From Candidatus Moraniibacteriota bacterium (GTDB lineage: Bacteria > Patescibacteriota > Minisyncoccia > Moranbacterales > UBA2206): a stretch of DNA of 64,000 bases. The stretch spans positions 12,881-76,880 of the forward strand of contig JBAQUL010000010.1 in the NCBI GenBank assembly GCA_049297495.1, given 5' to 3'. This document shows, piece after piece, positions 8,760 to 18,484 of the stretch; position 1 is the stretch's first letter; every line of letters starts with the position of its first letter. The translations under genes and the position numbers were made by a program. The notes below the pieces were generated by a model that saw only the letters and a program-made list of their open reading frames with translations, was not told the DNA's origin and did no database searches.

Positions 8760-9719
8760 TTATCCCCTTTCCTCTGTTTCGTCAAGGAAATGGCCGAAAT
8801 CTAGAAAATCTTGCGGAAGTGGAGAATTGAACTCATAGCCGTTACCAAAAAGCACAAACTTGATTGACTGCGCATGAAGCAATTGCCTCCTGGCACTATC
8901 AAGACGGTCTATACCTCGCAAAAAGTATTTTTTATCCCCTACGATTGGATGACCAATTGATGTCAAATGCACTCGAATTTGATGCATCCGTCCGGTTTTG
9001 GGTGAAAGTTCCATGAGGGCATATTCATCCCCCAGGGTCCCTAGAGTTCGAAATCCAGTTTCAGCGTCACGAATTTTTGTCCTTGTCTTATGCCCAGCCA
9101 CCACCTGCCGTCTATAATCAGCTGAACGTGCCAAAGCCTTCTTAATCACACCCTCAGCCGGAACGGGCACGCCATACACAATCGCTTGATATTTTTTTTC
9201 AATTTCTTTGTCCTGAAACTGCCTCTTCAACTCTTCAAAAGTTGTCATATTTCTTGCAATCACGATCACACCACTAGTGTCCTTATCTAACCGATGCACA
9301 ATCCCCGGTCGCAACTTTCCTTCCTTCGTACCATCACAAACAGTTTCAGTTTCTGGAAAACTTGCCACTAAATAATTAACCAGAGTATCTTCTTTCCGTG
9401 TATCATCAGGGTGAACCTGCATACCAGCTGGTTTATCAATCACAATAATATTTTCATCGGAAAAAATTATTGGCAATTCCTTTTTAACTTTTGGCAATAT
9501 CACTTTCTCCTCGCTAAATTTAAAATCGAAAGTGATTTCATCATTATTTTTCAAAATATAACCCGACTTCACTTTTTCTTTGTTTACTAAAATTCTCTCT
9601 GCCTTAATTTGTCGAGAAATTTCACTGCGTGTAATTTTCCCATCAAAAAGAATCCCACTACTGAGGAATTTGTCCAATCGCTCACCTGAACTGTCTTTTG
9701 TAATAATTATTTTTTGCAT
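8760..9719 (-). CDS. rluD: RluA-family 23S rRNA pseudouridine synthase (RluD/RluC-like) with N-terminal S4 domain
   Basis: HRLDKDTSGVIVIARN catalytic motif, VIDKPAGMQVHP, and GRMHQIRVHL at the C-terminus. Confidence 0.8.
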   Translation of the reverse strand: MQKIIITKDSSGERLDKFLSSGILFDGKITRSEISRQIKAERILVNKEKVKSGYILKNNDEITFDFKFSEEKVILPKVKKELPIIFSDENIIVIDKPAGMQVHPDDTRKEDTLVNYLVASFPETETVCDGTKEGKLRPGIVHRLDKDTSGVIVIARNMTTFEELKRQFQDKEIEKKYQAIVYGVPVPAEGVIKKALARSADYRRQVVAGHKTRTKIRDAETGFRTLGTLGDEYALMELSPKTGRMHQIRVHLTSIGHPIVGDKKYFLRGIDRLDSARRQLLHAQSIKFVLFGNGYEFNSPLPQDFLDFGHFLDETEERG

Positions 9720-9814
9720 AAATCCATATTAAATTAAACATAGCCCACTAAAAGAAAACAAAAGAATCCATACGGACTCTTGCCTAAAAACACCACTATA
9801 ATACATTACCTGTG

Positions 9815-9898
9815 TGCCCAGAAGAGGACTCGAACCTCCAATCCCTTACGAGAACCAGTTCCTAAGACTGGCGCGTATACCAATTCCGCCATCTGGGC
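9815..9898 (-). tRNA. tRNA-Leu(TAG)
   Basis: Acceptor GCCCAGA/TCTGGGC, anticodon loop CTTAGGA, long variable arm, T-loop GGTTCGAGTCC. Confidence 0.8.
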
Positions 9899-9923
9899 AT
9901 TATTCAGTTTTTTACATTTCTCG

Positions 9924-10007
9924 TGGGGATGGAGAGATTTGAACTCTCACGACCTTGCGATCATAGCGTTCTGAACGCTACGTGTATACCAATTTCACCA
10001 CACCCCC
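9924..10007 (-). tRNA. tRNA-Leu(CAG)
   Basis: Acceptor GGGGGTG/CATCCCC, anticodon loop TTCAGAA, long variable arm, T-arm GAGAG-TTCAAAT-CTCTC. Confidence 0.8.
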
Positions 10008-10063
10008 GATATACACCAATTTATCATACGACGTAAAAGCCCTTTTGGCAAACACTCTGCGTG

Positions 10064-10357
10064 TTATTCCAAAAGCGCTTTGAGTCTGCGCACCTCTTCT
10101 TTCAGTGCCCCATCATTACCATACTCCCCATGATGCCGCGTATTCTCGCCATAAGTTTCTTTTTTCACATCGAGATGAATGTTAATTAACATATCCATTC
10201 CGGTCACCTTGACATACATATGAAACCTGGGGTAACCGGCCGCGGCCATCGGGCGCACAAAACTCATTTCATCACCTTCGTGCCTTTGAAAAGTATATCC
10301 CAGCCGGCGCAAATTATTCACCGGATTACCTTCGACATTTTTGACTTCGATTTGCAT
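10064..10357 (-). CDS. Hypothetical small protein (97 aa)
   Basis: Clean ORF with ATG start between a tRNA and folD. No recognisable motif. Confidence 0.4.
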   Translation of the reverse strand: MQIEVKNVEGNPVNNLRRLGYTFQRHEGDEMSFVRPMAAAGYPRFHMYVKVTGMDMLINIHLDVKKETYGENTRHHGEYGNDGALKEEVRRLKALLE

Positions 10358-10366
10358 ATATTTAAA

Positions 10367-11212
10367 TTACAAATTTATTTTTGCAGCTAAAATAGTATTC
10401 CGCATCAGCATCATAATCGTCATTGGACCGACTCCGCCCGGAACGGGCGTGATATGACTGGCTTTATCACAAACGTGGACATAGTCAACGTCACCCACTA
10501 ATTTCCCATCGGCATTACGGTTAATTCCCACATCCACAACAACAGCGTCTTGCTTTACCATCTCAGCGCAAATCAGCCCCGCACGTCCTGTCGCTGAAAT
10601 GAGAATATCCGCCTGCGCGCAAAGCTCTTGCAAATTTTTCGTCTTAGAATTGCAAACCGTCACAGTTGCACCAAGGTTAATGAGCATCACTGCCAATGGC
10701 TTTCCCACAATATTACTCCTCCCCACAACCACCACATTTTTTCCTTCGACTAAAAATTCACTTCGCTCGAGTAGCTCCAAAATTCCCGCTGGCGTACAAG
10801 GCAAAAAACGCGCATCACCAATCATGAGCTTACCTACATTTTCCGGATGGAAACAATCCACATCTTTTTTCGGATCAATCAAGCTGATTATTCTTTTTGC
10901 ATCAATTTGCTCCGGCAAAGGCAGTTGCACTAAAATCCCGTGTATTTTTTCATCAGCATTATATTGCAAAATTATTTTTTCCAACTCTTCTTGCGAAGCT
11001 TCCACCGGCAACCTCACGACCTCAGAACTTATCCCAACCTCCTTCGCCACTCGCTCTTTATTTTTAACATAAATCTGCGAAGCACCATCCTCCCCAACCA
11101 AAATCACAGCCAGTCCCGGCACAATACCTTTTTTTCCTAAAGCCAAAACTTCACTTTTCAATTCTTCCTTAATTTCTTCTGAAATTTTTTTTCCGTCAAT
11201 TATTCTTGCCAT
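10367..11212 (-). CDS. folD: Bifunctional methylenetetrahydrofolate dehydrogenase / methenyl-THF cyclohydrolase
   Basis: Canonical FolD pattern: IIDGK...LAVILVG...SQIYVKNK, NADP-binding VVVVGRSNIVGKP, C-terminal PVPGGVGPMT. Confidence 0.9.
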   Translation of the reverse strand: MARIIDGKKISEEIKEELKSEVLALGKKGIVPGLAVILVGEDGASQIYVKNKERVAKEVGISSEVVRLPVEASQEELEKIILQYNADEKIHGILVQLPLPEQIDAKRIISLIDPKKDVDCFHPENVGKLMIGDARFLPCTPAGILELLERSEFLVEGKNVVVVGRSNIVGKPLAVMLINLGATVTVCNSKTKNLQELCAQADILISATGRAGLICAEMVKQDAVVVDVGINRNADGKLVGDVDYVHVCDKASHITPVPGGVGPMTIMMLMRNTILAAKINL

Positions 11213-11218
11213 AGTTTT

Positions 11219-11776
11219 TTATTGTTTAAAAATTTCAGGATACTGTAATGCCGCTCTCAGTATATTAGCGACGGAATCGGCCACCCAAACATCTCCATCT
11301 CTCACCATCTCCAAGGCTTTTTGCGGGGATACTTTAATTATTTCAATCTCCTCTGTCTCCTCTAGGTTTTGCTCCGAATTAAATTCCAAATCCTTAGCCA
11401 AGTAACAATACGTCACGTGAGTTGTCTTAGTCGGGTTGTTAGCAGTTTTGCCAAGAAAAATTAGCTTATCAATAGTCGTCTTTATGCCAACCTCTTCCTC
11501 GAGTTCCGCTATCGCTGATTCTTCCAAAGTTTTCCCTTTCTGCTGAAAACCAGCTGGGAGTTCAATTAATATTTCACCCAAAGCGTGTTTATATTGTTTC
11601 ACGAAAACTATCTCATTTTTCGCTGTTATCGGCAAAACCATCGCAACATTTCCCATAGGGGAAATAAAATAATCATCAACAATCTTTCCGTCAGGCAACT
11701 CGACGGTGTGCCGCAAAACTGGAAACCACTTACTCGGAGAGACGTCACTTTCCTTAATTATTTTCCATTTTCTCAT
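11219..11776 (-). CDS. NUDIX hydrolase (ADP-ribose pyrophosphatase-like)
   Basis: Nudix box GKTLEESAIAELEEEVGI (GX5EX7REUXEEXGU). Confidence 0.75.
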   Translation of the reverse strand: MRKWKIIKESDVSPSKWFPVLRHTVELPDGKIVDDYFISPMGNVAMVLPITAKNEIVFVKQYKHALGEILIELPAGFQQKGKTLEESAIAELEEEVGIKTTIDKLIFLGKTANNPTKTTHVTYCYLAKDLEFNSEQNLEETEEIEIIKVSPQKALEMVRDGDVWVADSVANILRAALQYPEIFKQ

Positions 11777-11897
11777 AGTTCTTTATTTTAAAAGTCTTAA
11801 GCTAAAATAAACAACAACCTGGTTACTTTTAATTAATTATAGCACACAAAAAAACTGCCAAAAATTGGCAGTTTTTCAGCTAAGCTCTTTTGAATTT

Positions 11898-12443
11898 TTA
11901 TGGATTAGCCACTTTGGCAGCTGGATTGCCCTGACAAAGCTTATTTCCCTTGTCCATATCGGTTAGTTTTTCACAATATCTCTGACATTTTTTCACTGAT
12001 CCAGTGACAGAACAGAAAGTTTTTACTTTCCCTTCCAAGAACCTTATCTCAGAGTCATCTATGAAATAATCATCTGAACTGATTTTATGTGGCGCATTAG
12101 CTGAGTATAATCTGCTAGCCCGTGAACGTCTTAAGCTTTCCTCCATCGCAGCATTACTCCGTTTAATGCTTTCATTCCTCCGCTTATAGCTATCATTCAG
12201 AGTTTGTTGATTCCGCCTACTAAGCTCATCCATAGATCTTTTCAGGGATTCTTGGTTTAGTCTATTTTGTCTGTCAATATTATCTCTCCAATAGCTACTA
12301 CTGTTGTAACTAGGAGTATAGGTGCGTGTATAGCTGGGAGTATAGGTGCGCGAGTAACTACTACCATATGCCGAACCATAGGCATGGGATGCAACTGGAA
12401 GAAAAAAGACTAGCGCCAAAAACAATAAGGTGAGTTTTTTCAT
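11898..12443 (-). CDS. Secreted hypothetical protein with Tyr/Ser/Thr-rich tandem repeats and a 4-Cys C-terminal module
   Basis: Signal peptide MKKLTLLFLALVFFLPVASHA; repeats YSRTYTPSYTRTYTPSY; C-terminal CSVTGSVKKCQRYCEK...CQGN. Confidence 0.5.
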   Translation of the reverse strand: MKKLTLLFLALVFFLPVASHAYGSAYGSSYSRTYTPSYTRTYTPSYNSSSYWRDNIDRQNRLNQESLKRSMDELSRRNQQTLNDSYKRRNESIKRSNAAMEESLRRSRASRLYSANAPHKISSDDYFIDDSEIRFLEGKVKTFCSVTGSVKKCQRYCEKLTDMDKGNKLCQGNPAAKVANP

Positions 12444-12610
12444 ATTATTTCCTTGAAACTATTTAACTTATTAATTATTCATTAACCGATCATAATAGCA
12501 CAATTCAAGATAAATGTCAAACTGACTATTTTTAACAAGTCCCTAAGCACTTGCGCTAATCCTACTATCAGTGATACAATATCCCCAGAATTCATTAATC
12601 TAAAAATTCT

Positions 12611-13789
12611 ATGCCCACCCCCCTCCCTGATCTCATTCGCCCCCAAAATCTCACTGATTTTTTTGGCCAAGAAAAACTCGTTGGAAAAAATTCCTATCTT
12701 TTTCGCGCCATTGAAAGTGACGCCATCCCGTCGATGATTCTTTGGGGCCCACCCGGATCAGGAAAAACCACGCTCGCCCACATCATCGCCTCTGCCACCA
12801 AATCAGAATTCTTAAAAATCAGCGCGGTCTCCTCTGGCAAAAAAATACTTTTGGAAATCATAGCCAAAGCTCAAGAGAATAAACTGCAAAATAAAAAAAC
12901 AATTCTTTTTATCGACGAGATTCATCGCTGGAACAAAGCCCAGCAAGATGCCCTTTTGCCTTATGTTGAAAACGGCACCATCACGCTCATCGGCGCAACC
13001 ACCGAAAATCCCAGCTTCGAAGTCAATTCCGCCCTTGTTTCTCGCACTCGTGTTTTTGTTTTGGAAAAACTGACCCCGACTGATTTGGAAAAAATTATCA
13101 CGCGCGCCTTGGATAAAATCAAAACTACAAAAAAAATTAAAATAGATTCTGACACCATAAAACTACTCACCAATCTTTCTAATGGCGACGCGCGCATGGC
13201 GCTAAATACCCTAGAAGCTTGCACTAACCAAACCAAAAATATCACTCCAGAACTAGTGAAGGAGGTTTTACAAAAATCCCACCTACTCTATGACAAATCC
13301 GGCGAAGAACATTACAATATTATTTCTGCCCTGCACAAATCAATGCGCGGAGGAAATCCTGACGCTTCCGTCTATTGGCTAGCGCGAATGATTGAAGGCG
13401 GTGAAGACCCGCTTTTCATCGCCCGGCGCCTCGTGCGTTTTGCCAGCGAAGATATCGGCCTCGCCAACAACACCGCCCTGCTTCTCGCTAATGCTGTTTT
13501 TGATGCCTGCCACAAATTAGGTCATCCTGAATGTAATGTCCACCTCACCCAATGTGTAATCTATCTCGCTAAATCCAAAAAGGACATCACGACCTACGCC
13601 TCCTACGCCAAAGCCAAAAAAGACGTGGAAAAATTCGGCAATCTCCCTGTCCCATTACATCTCCGAAATGCACCAACAAAACTAATGAAAGAATTGGGTT
13701 ATAGCAAAGGCTACAAATATACTCCACTGGAAGATAGTCGTGAACAGAGTTATTTGCCAGAAGAATTGGGAGATTCTAAATATTTGTGA
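12611..13789 (+). CDS. rarA: Replication-associated recombination protein A (AAA+ ATPase RarA/MgsA)
   Basis: Walker A GPPGSGKTT, Walker B ILFIDEIHR, C-terminal MgsA helical domain (DASVYWLARM...GEDP). Confidence 0.85.
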   Translation: MPTPLPDLIRPQNLTDFFGQEKLVGKNSYLFRAIESDAIPSMILWGPPGSGKTTLAHIIASATKSEFLKISAVSSGKKILLEIIAKAQENKLQNKKTILFIDEIHRWNKAQQDALLPYVENGTITLIGATTENPSFEVNSALVSRTRVFVLEKLTPTDLEKIITRALDKIKTTKKIKIDSDTIKLLTNLSNGDARMALNTLEACTNQTKNITPELVKEVLQKSHLLYDKSGEEHYNIISALHKSMRGGNPDASVYWLARMIEGGEDPLFIARRLVRFASEDIGLANNTALLLANAVFDACHKLGHPECNVHLTQCVIYLAKSKKDITTYASYAKAKKDVEKFGNLPVPLHLRNAPTKLMKELGYSKGYKYTPLEDSREQSYLPEELGDSKYL

Positions 13790-13906
13790 AAATCTTTTAA
13801 AATCTTGCAAAATAAGCCCCATTCATTTAAACTAACAATGAACAAATATGACTTTGCTTCATAAATTTTTAAAATTAATAGCCGTAATATTAGCTTAAAT
13901 CAAAGT

Positions 13907-14839
13907 ATGGACACAAAAAATAACTCAATAAAATATTCCCATTTGTTTTTTCTTTTCATAACCTTTATCCTCGGAATAGTTGCTACACTATTATTATCAA
14001 ATATTCTAGAGAAGGAAATAATTCAATTTTCCACCATTGGATTAATAGGTTTTGTTTTATCAATTATTCTCGGTGGAGCAAGTATTGTTTTAGCTATAAA
14101 TGCGATTCATCTCGGCAAATCTTCTGAAGCAGCAATTATCGAAAGAAATGATGAAAGCATTAAGATACAAAACCAAATATTCCAAAAAACAACTGAAGCC
14201 TTAAGCAGAATAGAATCTTCAACCGGAGTCACAGAAAAACGGATAGAGGATATTATAGCTGGACGAGCTGGTGCAATTGCCGAAAGCCTTTCTCTTAAGG
14301 ATATTCGAAATCCTCGTGGAATAGAGGATAAGTTAAGAAAATCTCTCACTGAGAAAATATCACCAGAAGAAAGAGAAGCAAGAAACAATATAATTAAAGA
14401 GCGGGTTGCTGCCGGAAAGCGATATGAAGATATCCATAAATCATTGCTTATTTCACTTTCAAATGAACCAAAAATAAAATCTATAAAGTTATGTGAACAT
14501 GGATCATTCGGAGGAGAAGGGATTGATTTATTTGATGGTGTTTTCATGGTGAACAATTTGAAAATAGGCGTAAGCATTTTTAGCGATGAGCCACTTCTGG
14601 AAAACATGTTTGTCTCTGGATTTAAAGAATTTTTAACAAGAATAGCACAAGAAATAGCAAATAAAACAGTAAACCACTTCTTTTATCTTTCAAATAAAGA
14701 ATCCTCCACGTCAGCCACACTAAGAGAGGAACTTAAAAACACAACCGAGTTACTGCGGAGTGACTTGCAGAATAGAATACACATAGAGACCGGAACAGAT
14801 GCTGAATTAATCAGAATAATATTAGATAAGATAAAATAA
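13907..14839 (+). CDS. Hypothetical membrane protein (two N-terminal TM helices + coiled-coil-like soluble part)
   Basis: Hydrophobic N-terminus; no catalytic motifs seen. Confidence 0.45.
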   Translation: MDTKNNSIKYSHLFFLFITFILGIVATLLLSNILEKEIIQFSTIGLIGFVLSIILGGASIVLAINAIHLGKSSEAAIIERNDESIKIQNQIFQKTTEALSRIESSTGVTEKRIEDIIAGRAGAIAESLSLKDIRNPRGIEDKLRKSLTEKISPEEREARNNIIKERVAAGKRYEDIHKSLLISLSNEPKIKSIKLCEHGSFGGEGIDLFDGVFMVNNLKIGVSIFSDEPLLENMFVSGFKEFLTRIAQEIANKTVNHFFYLSNKESSTSATLREELKNTTELLRSDLQNRIHIETGTDAELIRIILDKIK

Positions 14840-15007
14840 TCCGCAGTCAGCTTAAGTATCTAACTTGAACCCCTTGTTGGTTCAAGTCTCCGACTTGAAT
14901 CTTCTATTTCTGCTCAGCTAGCTATAATTGTAAAGTTGAGCAAGAATAAAATGGTTCCCTCCAAAGGCGGGCCGGCAGATCAGGAGACACTGAACCGACA
15001 ATAAACA

Positions 15008-15040
15008 TAGCAGGAGCAGGGTTGTACCCTGCTCCTTTTA
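15008..15040 (+). terminator. Rho-independent terminator (GGAGCAGGGTTGTACCCTGCTCC + TTTT)
   Basis: Perfect 9-bp GC-rich stem followed by a T-run. Lies about 170 bp downstream of the 13907-14839 gene, after a possible -10 at 14925. Confidence 0.4.
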
Positions 15041-15113
15041 GTTTACTAACTTAGCTTTATTTGTAAAACAAAAGGTTCAAGCTACAAGCTTGAACCTGCC
15101 TAAAAATAAAATT

Positions 15114-15225
15114 TTCCTAAAACAACCCATCAATCTCCCTATTTTCCAAAACATCCACCTTGGACACCACGGAAATTCTTGGCAACCCAAACATTGCCAT
15201 AGCTCCTATTGAAAATCGCTTGCAA
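15114..15225 (-). pseudogene. Diverged remnant copy of the 3' end of fhs (formate--tetrahydrofolate ligase C-terminus)
   Basis: Minus-strand translation ...GAMAMFGLPRISVVSKVDVLENREIDGLF* aligns with the true Fhs C-terminus ...[30 protein letters not shown] (ORF 16552-18222). DNA similarity CCTAAAACAACCC[A/C]TC[A/G]ATCTCCC. Confidence 0.55.
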
Positions 15226-15343
15226 AAACCTGCTTATTTAATATCATAATATTTTTGTCGTTACTTTATTGACATTTTTAGTTCTTTTTGTGGCTATTTA
15301 GCGGTATTTTTAGGCATTGATTAATATTCATTCGAGAATTACT

Positions 15344-15372
15344 TGACAAGTTTTTAATACTACTCTATACTA
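15344..15372 (+). promoter_or_regulatory. Sigma-70-like promoter TTGACA-N17-TATACT, about 350 bp upstream of TrmB paralog 2
   Basis: Exact -35 TTGACA at 15344-15349 with 17-nt spacer and TATACT at 15367-15372. Confidence 0.4.
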
Positions 15373-15469
15373 GATTTAATTAGTACATTTTAAACATTAT
15401 AAGCCAGCGAGGAGCGGCTGAAGTTACATAGAATTTGATTGGGATGGGCGAAATATTATTTCTCCCGAT

Positions 15470-15660
15470 TCATTTCTTTATTGATAAACTTTATCAATAT
15501 CCCCTCTCATTTTCTTTCCTTTCTCTCTTTTTTCTCACCTTTCCGTTTTTCTCTCTTCTTTTCTCCCCCTTCACCTTTTCACCTTCTTCTTCACCACTCT
15601 CTTCTCTTCTCTTCTCTTCTCTTCTCTTCTTCCAACCCTCTCGCTCGCTTTCTCTCTCAC
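15470..15660. repeat. Polypyrimidine (CT-rich) tract of about 190 bp containing a (TCTTC)7 microsatellite at about 15597-15633, inside the putative 5' leader of TrmB paralog 2
   Basis: Seen directly. The ORFs 15435-15761 and 15439-15672 are translations of this low-complexity tract. Confidence 0.8.
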
Positions 15661-15723
15661 ACCCTGGAATAAATCATCGCATTTATTCCTGTTTTCTTTT
15701 TTACAAACAGTTTATTTATACAT

Positions 15724-16470
15724 ATGGACACAACAATCCTAAAAAAAATTGGCCTCAATGATAAAGAAGTCAAAATATATTTAAAACTACTCGAGTATGG
15801 AGCAATCTCCGTTCGCGGACTGGCAGAGATCTCCGAACTAAACCGCGGGACAACCTATGATGTCCTAAAGCGTTTGCAAGAAATTGGTCTTGTTAGCTAT
15901 TATTATCAAGAAAAAAAACAGCGCTTCGTCGCAGAAGAACCTGAAAAATTATTGGAAATCCTCAAAAACAGAGAGCTTGAAATTAAAAACGTTAAAAGTG
16001 GTATCCTAGATATTATTCCAGAGCTAAAATCAATCCAGGATAAAAAAGATCTAAGGCCAGTTTCCAAATTATATGATAACCGCGCAGGGATAAAAACAAT
16101 CCTGAATGATTTGCTTTCTTCGATGCATTCCCTACCAGAAGATGAAAGAGAATACCATATATATTCCTCTACCGAAGCAAGCGCAGATATTCACAAGGCC
16201 TATCCAACATTCACGAAAGAAAGAGTTAAGAGAAAAATTCGCGTGAAATCGATCTCCCTAGCTGAAGGGGGCAACTTGCATGGGCTAGATGACCGCCGCT
16301 GGCTAGGTACTAACAAAAATTCTGCAACGTTTATTTTGATTTACGCCGGGAAATGCGCTTTTATTTCTCGCGATTCGGAAGGCAATCCTGTAGGCGTGCT
16401 AATTGAAAATCAAATGATTTATGAAACTCAAAAGATGATTTTTCAAAAGCTTTGGGAATATTTGAAATAA
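15724..16470 (+). CDS. TrmB-family HTH transcriptional regulator (paralog 2 of 3)
   Basis: N-terminal winged-HTH (LGLNDKEVKIYLKLLEYGAISVRGLAEISELNRGTTYDVLKRLQEIGLV), about 250 aa. Confidence 0.7.
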   Translation: MDTTILKKIGLNDKEVKIYLKLLEYGAISVRGLAEISELNRGTTYDVLKRLQEIGLVSYYYQEKKQRFVAEEPEKLLEILKNRELEIKNVKSGILDIIPELKSIQDKKDLRPVSKLYDNRAGIKTILNDLLSSMHSLPEDEREYHIYSSTEASADIHKAYPTFTKERVKRKIRVKSISLAEGGNLHGLDDRRWLGTNKNSATFILIYAGKCAFISRDSEGNPVGVLIENQMIYETQKMIFQKLWEYLK

Positions 16471-16499
16471 TCTACCAACATTCGCACTATCAAAAATAT

Positions 16500-16532
16500 A
16501 ATTAAAAGAGGCGCAACCACTCGCGCCTCTTT
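16500..16532. terminator. Bidirectional terminator hairpin (AAAAGAGGCGCAACCACTCGCGCCTCTTTT) between the convergent TrmB gene and fhs
   Basis: GC stem GAGGCGC/GCGCCTC flanked by A- and T-runs. Confidence 0.5.
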
Positions 16533-16551
16533 TAATATAAAAATCCTTCTC

Positions 16552-18222
16552 CTAAAACAACCCCTCGATCTCCCCATTTTTACTCACATCAATTTTCTCC
16601 GCCGCGGGAATTTTTGGCAGTCCCGGCATGGTCATAATTTCTCCGGCGATCGCCACAATAAACCCAGCGCCGTTGGAGATTCTCAGTTCTCGAATATTGA
16701 GCGTGAAACCTTTCGGTCGTCCCAAAAGCTTTGGATCATCGGAAAAAGAATACTGGGTTTTGGCAATACAAATTGGCAATTTATCTAATTTATCTTTTTC
16801 CAATTTTTCCATCTGTTTTTGAGCCTTAGTACTGAACTCCACACTTTTCGCGCCATATATTTTTTGCGCAATCGCTGTAATCTTCACTTTGATATGCGAT
16901 TGCTCGGAATATAAAACTTTAAAATTCGCCTTTTTCTTGGCCAGAGTTTCCAGAACAACTTTTGCCAAATCCTCTCCACCAACTCCACCTTTTTCCCAAA
17001 CATGCGACAACGCATATGACGCACCTAGTTTTTTCACCATCTGTTCGAGCAATTTTAATTCTTTTTGCGTGTCAGATGGAAAAACATTCACGGCGACCAC
17101 CACCGGCACGCCAAATTTTTTCAAATTCTCCACATGCTTTTCCAAGTTAGCAAAACCTTTTTTCAGGTGATTGAGGCTTGGCATTACCAGCGTTTCTTTT
17201 TCCATTCCACCGGAATATTTAAGCGCGCGCACTGTTGCCACAATCACAACTGCATCGGGCTTCAGTCCTGCGATACGACATTTGATGTTAAAAAATTTCT
17301 CCGCGCCAAGATCCGCGCCGAAACCCGCCTCTGTCACAAGATAATCACCGAGCTTCAGTCCATAACGTGTTGCTAAAATACTATTACAACCATGCGCAAT
17401 ATTAGCAAATGGTCCGCCGTGAATGATGGCAGGCGTGTGTTCCAATGTTTGCACAAGATTTGGTTTTAGTGCGTCTTTGAGAATCGCCGTCAAAGCTCCA
17501 ACCATTTTTAGTTCTCTGGCATAAACCGGCTCACCAGAAAAAGCATACGCAACTAAAATATTTCCCAAGCGTTTTTTGAGATCAGTCAAATTTTCACTAA
17601 GGCACAGAATCGCCATAATCTCCGATGCGACCGTGATGTTAAAACTTTCTTCTCTTGGCACACCTTGTGATTTTCCTCCCAATCCCACAACCGTGTTTCG
17701 CAAAGTTCGATCATTCAAATCCATTGCCCGCTTCCAAAGAATCTGGCGTGCGTCTATTTGTAGCTCATTGCCTTGAAAAATATGGTTGTCAATAATTGCC
17801 GAGAGTAAATTATTAGCCGTTGTGATGGCATGCAAATCGCCCGTAAAATGCAAGTTGATCTCATCCATCGGCATCACTTGGGAATAGCCACCACCGGCCG
17901 CGCCACCTTTCACACCCATACACGGTCCAAGTGATGGCTCGCGCAGAGCAAGCATCGTTTTTTTGCCCAAACGGTTCATCGCCATAGCGAGGCCAATCGA
18001 AGTCGTCGTTTTTCCTTCCCCAGCCGGCGTCGGACTAATCGCCGTGACTAAAATTAATTTACCGTCCTTTTGATTTTTAATCTTCTCCCACAGCACTGGT
18101 TTTAGTTTAGCCTTATGCTCCCCATATAATTCTAAATCGCTTTTCGCAAGACCGATTTTCTCCGCCACATTTTCAATTGGCTCCATTTTTGAAACTTTCG
18201 CAATTTGGATATCTGTTTTCAT
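16552..18222 (-). CDS. fhs: Formate--tetrahydrofolate ligase
   Basis: [18 protein letters not shown]-loop and overall FTHFS pattern over 556 aa. Confidence 0.9.
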   Translation of the reverse strand: MKTDIQIAKVSKMEPIENVAEKIGLAKSDLELYGEHKAKLKPVLWEKIKNQKDGKLILVTAISPTPAGEGKTTTSIGLAMAMNRLGKKTMLALREPSLGPCMGVKGGAAGGGYSQVMPMDEINLHFTGDLHAITTANNLLSAIIDNHIFQGNELQIDARQILWKRAMDLNDRTLRNTVVGLGGKSQGVPREESFNITVASEIMAILCLSENLTDLKKRLGNILVAYAFSGEPVYARELKMVGALTAILKDALKPNLVQTLEHTPAIIHGGPFANIAHGCNSILATRYGLKLGDYLVTEAGFGADLGAEKFFNIKCRIAGLKPDAVVIVATVRALKYSGGMEKETLVMPSLNHLKKGFANLEKHVENLKKFGVPVVVAVNVFPSDTQKELKLLEQMVKKLGASYALSHVWEKGGVGGEDLAKVVLETLAKKKANFKVLYSEQSHIKVKITAIAQKIYGAKSVEFSTKAQKQMEKLEKDKLDKLPICIAKTQYSFSDDPKLLGRPKGFTLNIRELRISNGAGFIVAIAGEIMTMPGLPKIPAAEKIDVSKNGEIEGLF

Positions 18223-18292
18223 AAAGTTATTTTTAAAAATTTATTACTTACTATAAATAAAGAAAATCTACGGTCAGTTCGTCAAGCTCAAG

Positions 18293-18473
18293 ATATCCTC
18301 CTCGCCCCTCGGGAGAGCCTGCCTGCCGGTAGGCAGGGATGTCCGAAGGACAGGTGAGAGGAAGGGTAATATTAATTAGTATAAGCGTTATATCATAGGG
18401 AATAAAAAAATTTCAAAAGCCCTTTCCCTCATCCGGCCTTCGGCCACCTTTTCCCGGAGGGCGAAGGGGATAT
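18293..18473. mobile_element. MITE-like composite palindromic element, copy 1 (CCCCTCGGGAGAGCCTGCCTGCCGGTAGGCAGGGATGTCCGAAGGACAGGTGAG ... CCTCATCCGGCCTTCGGCCACC...CCGGAGGGCGAAGGGG)
   Basis: About 180 bp intergenic element whose two arms are imperfect inverted repeats. Two further full copies lie at 27617-27800 and 36531-36690. Confidence 0.55.
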
Positions 18474-18484
18474 AAATAAAAATT

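Noticed and set aside
15435-15761. ORFs 15435-15761 and 15439-15672 (Ser/Leu/Phe/Pro-rich)
   Set aside because: They are translations of the CT-rich polypyrimidine tract and (TCTTC)n microsatellite, so low-complexity only; the second overlaps the start of the TrmB gene out of frame.
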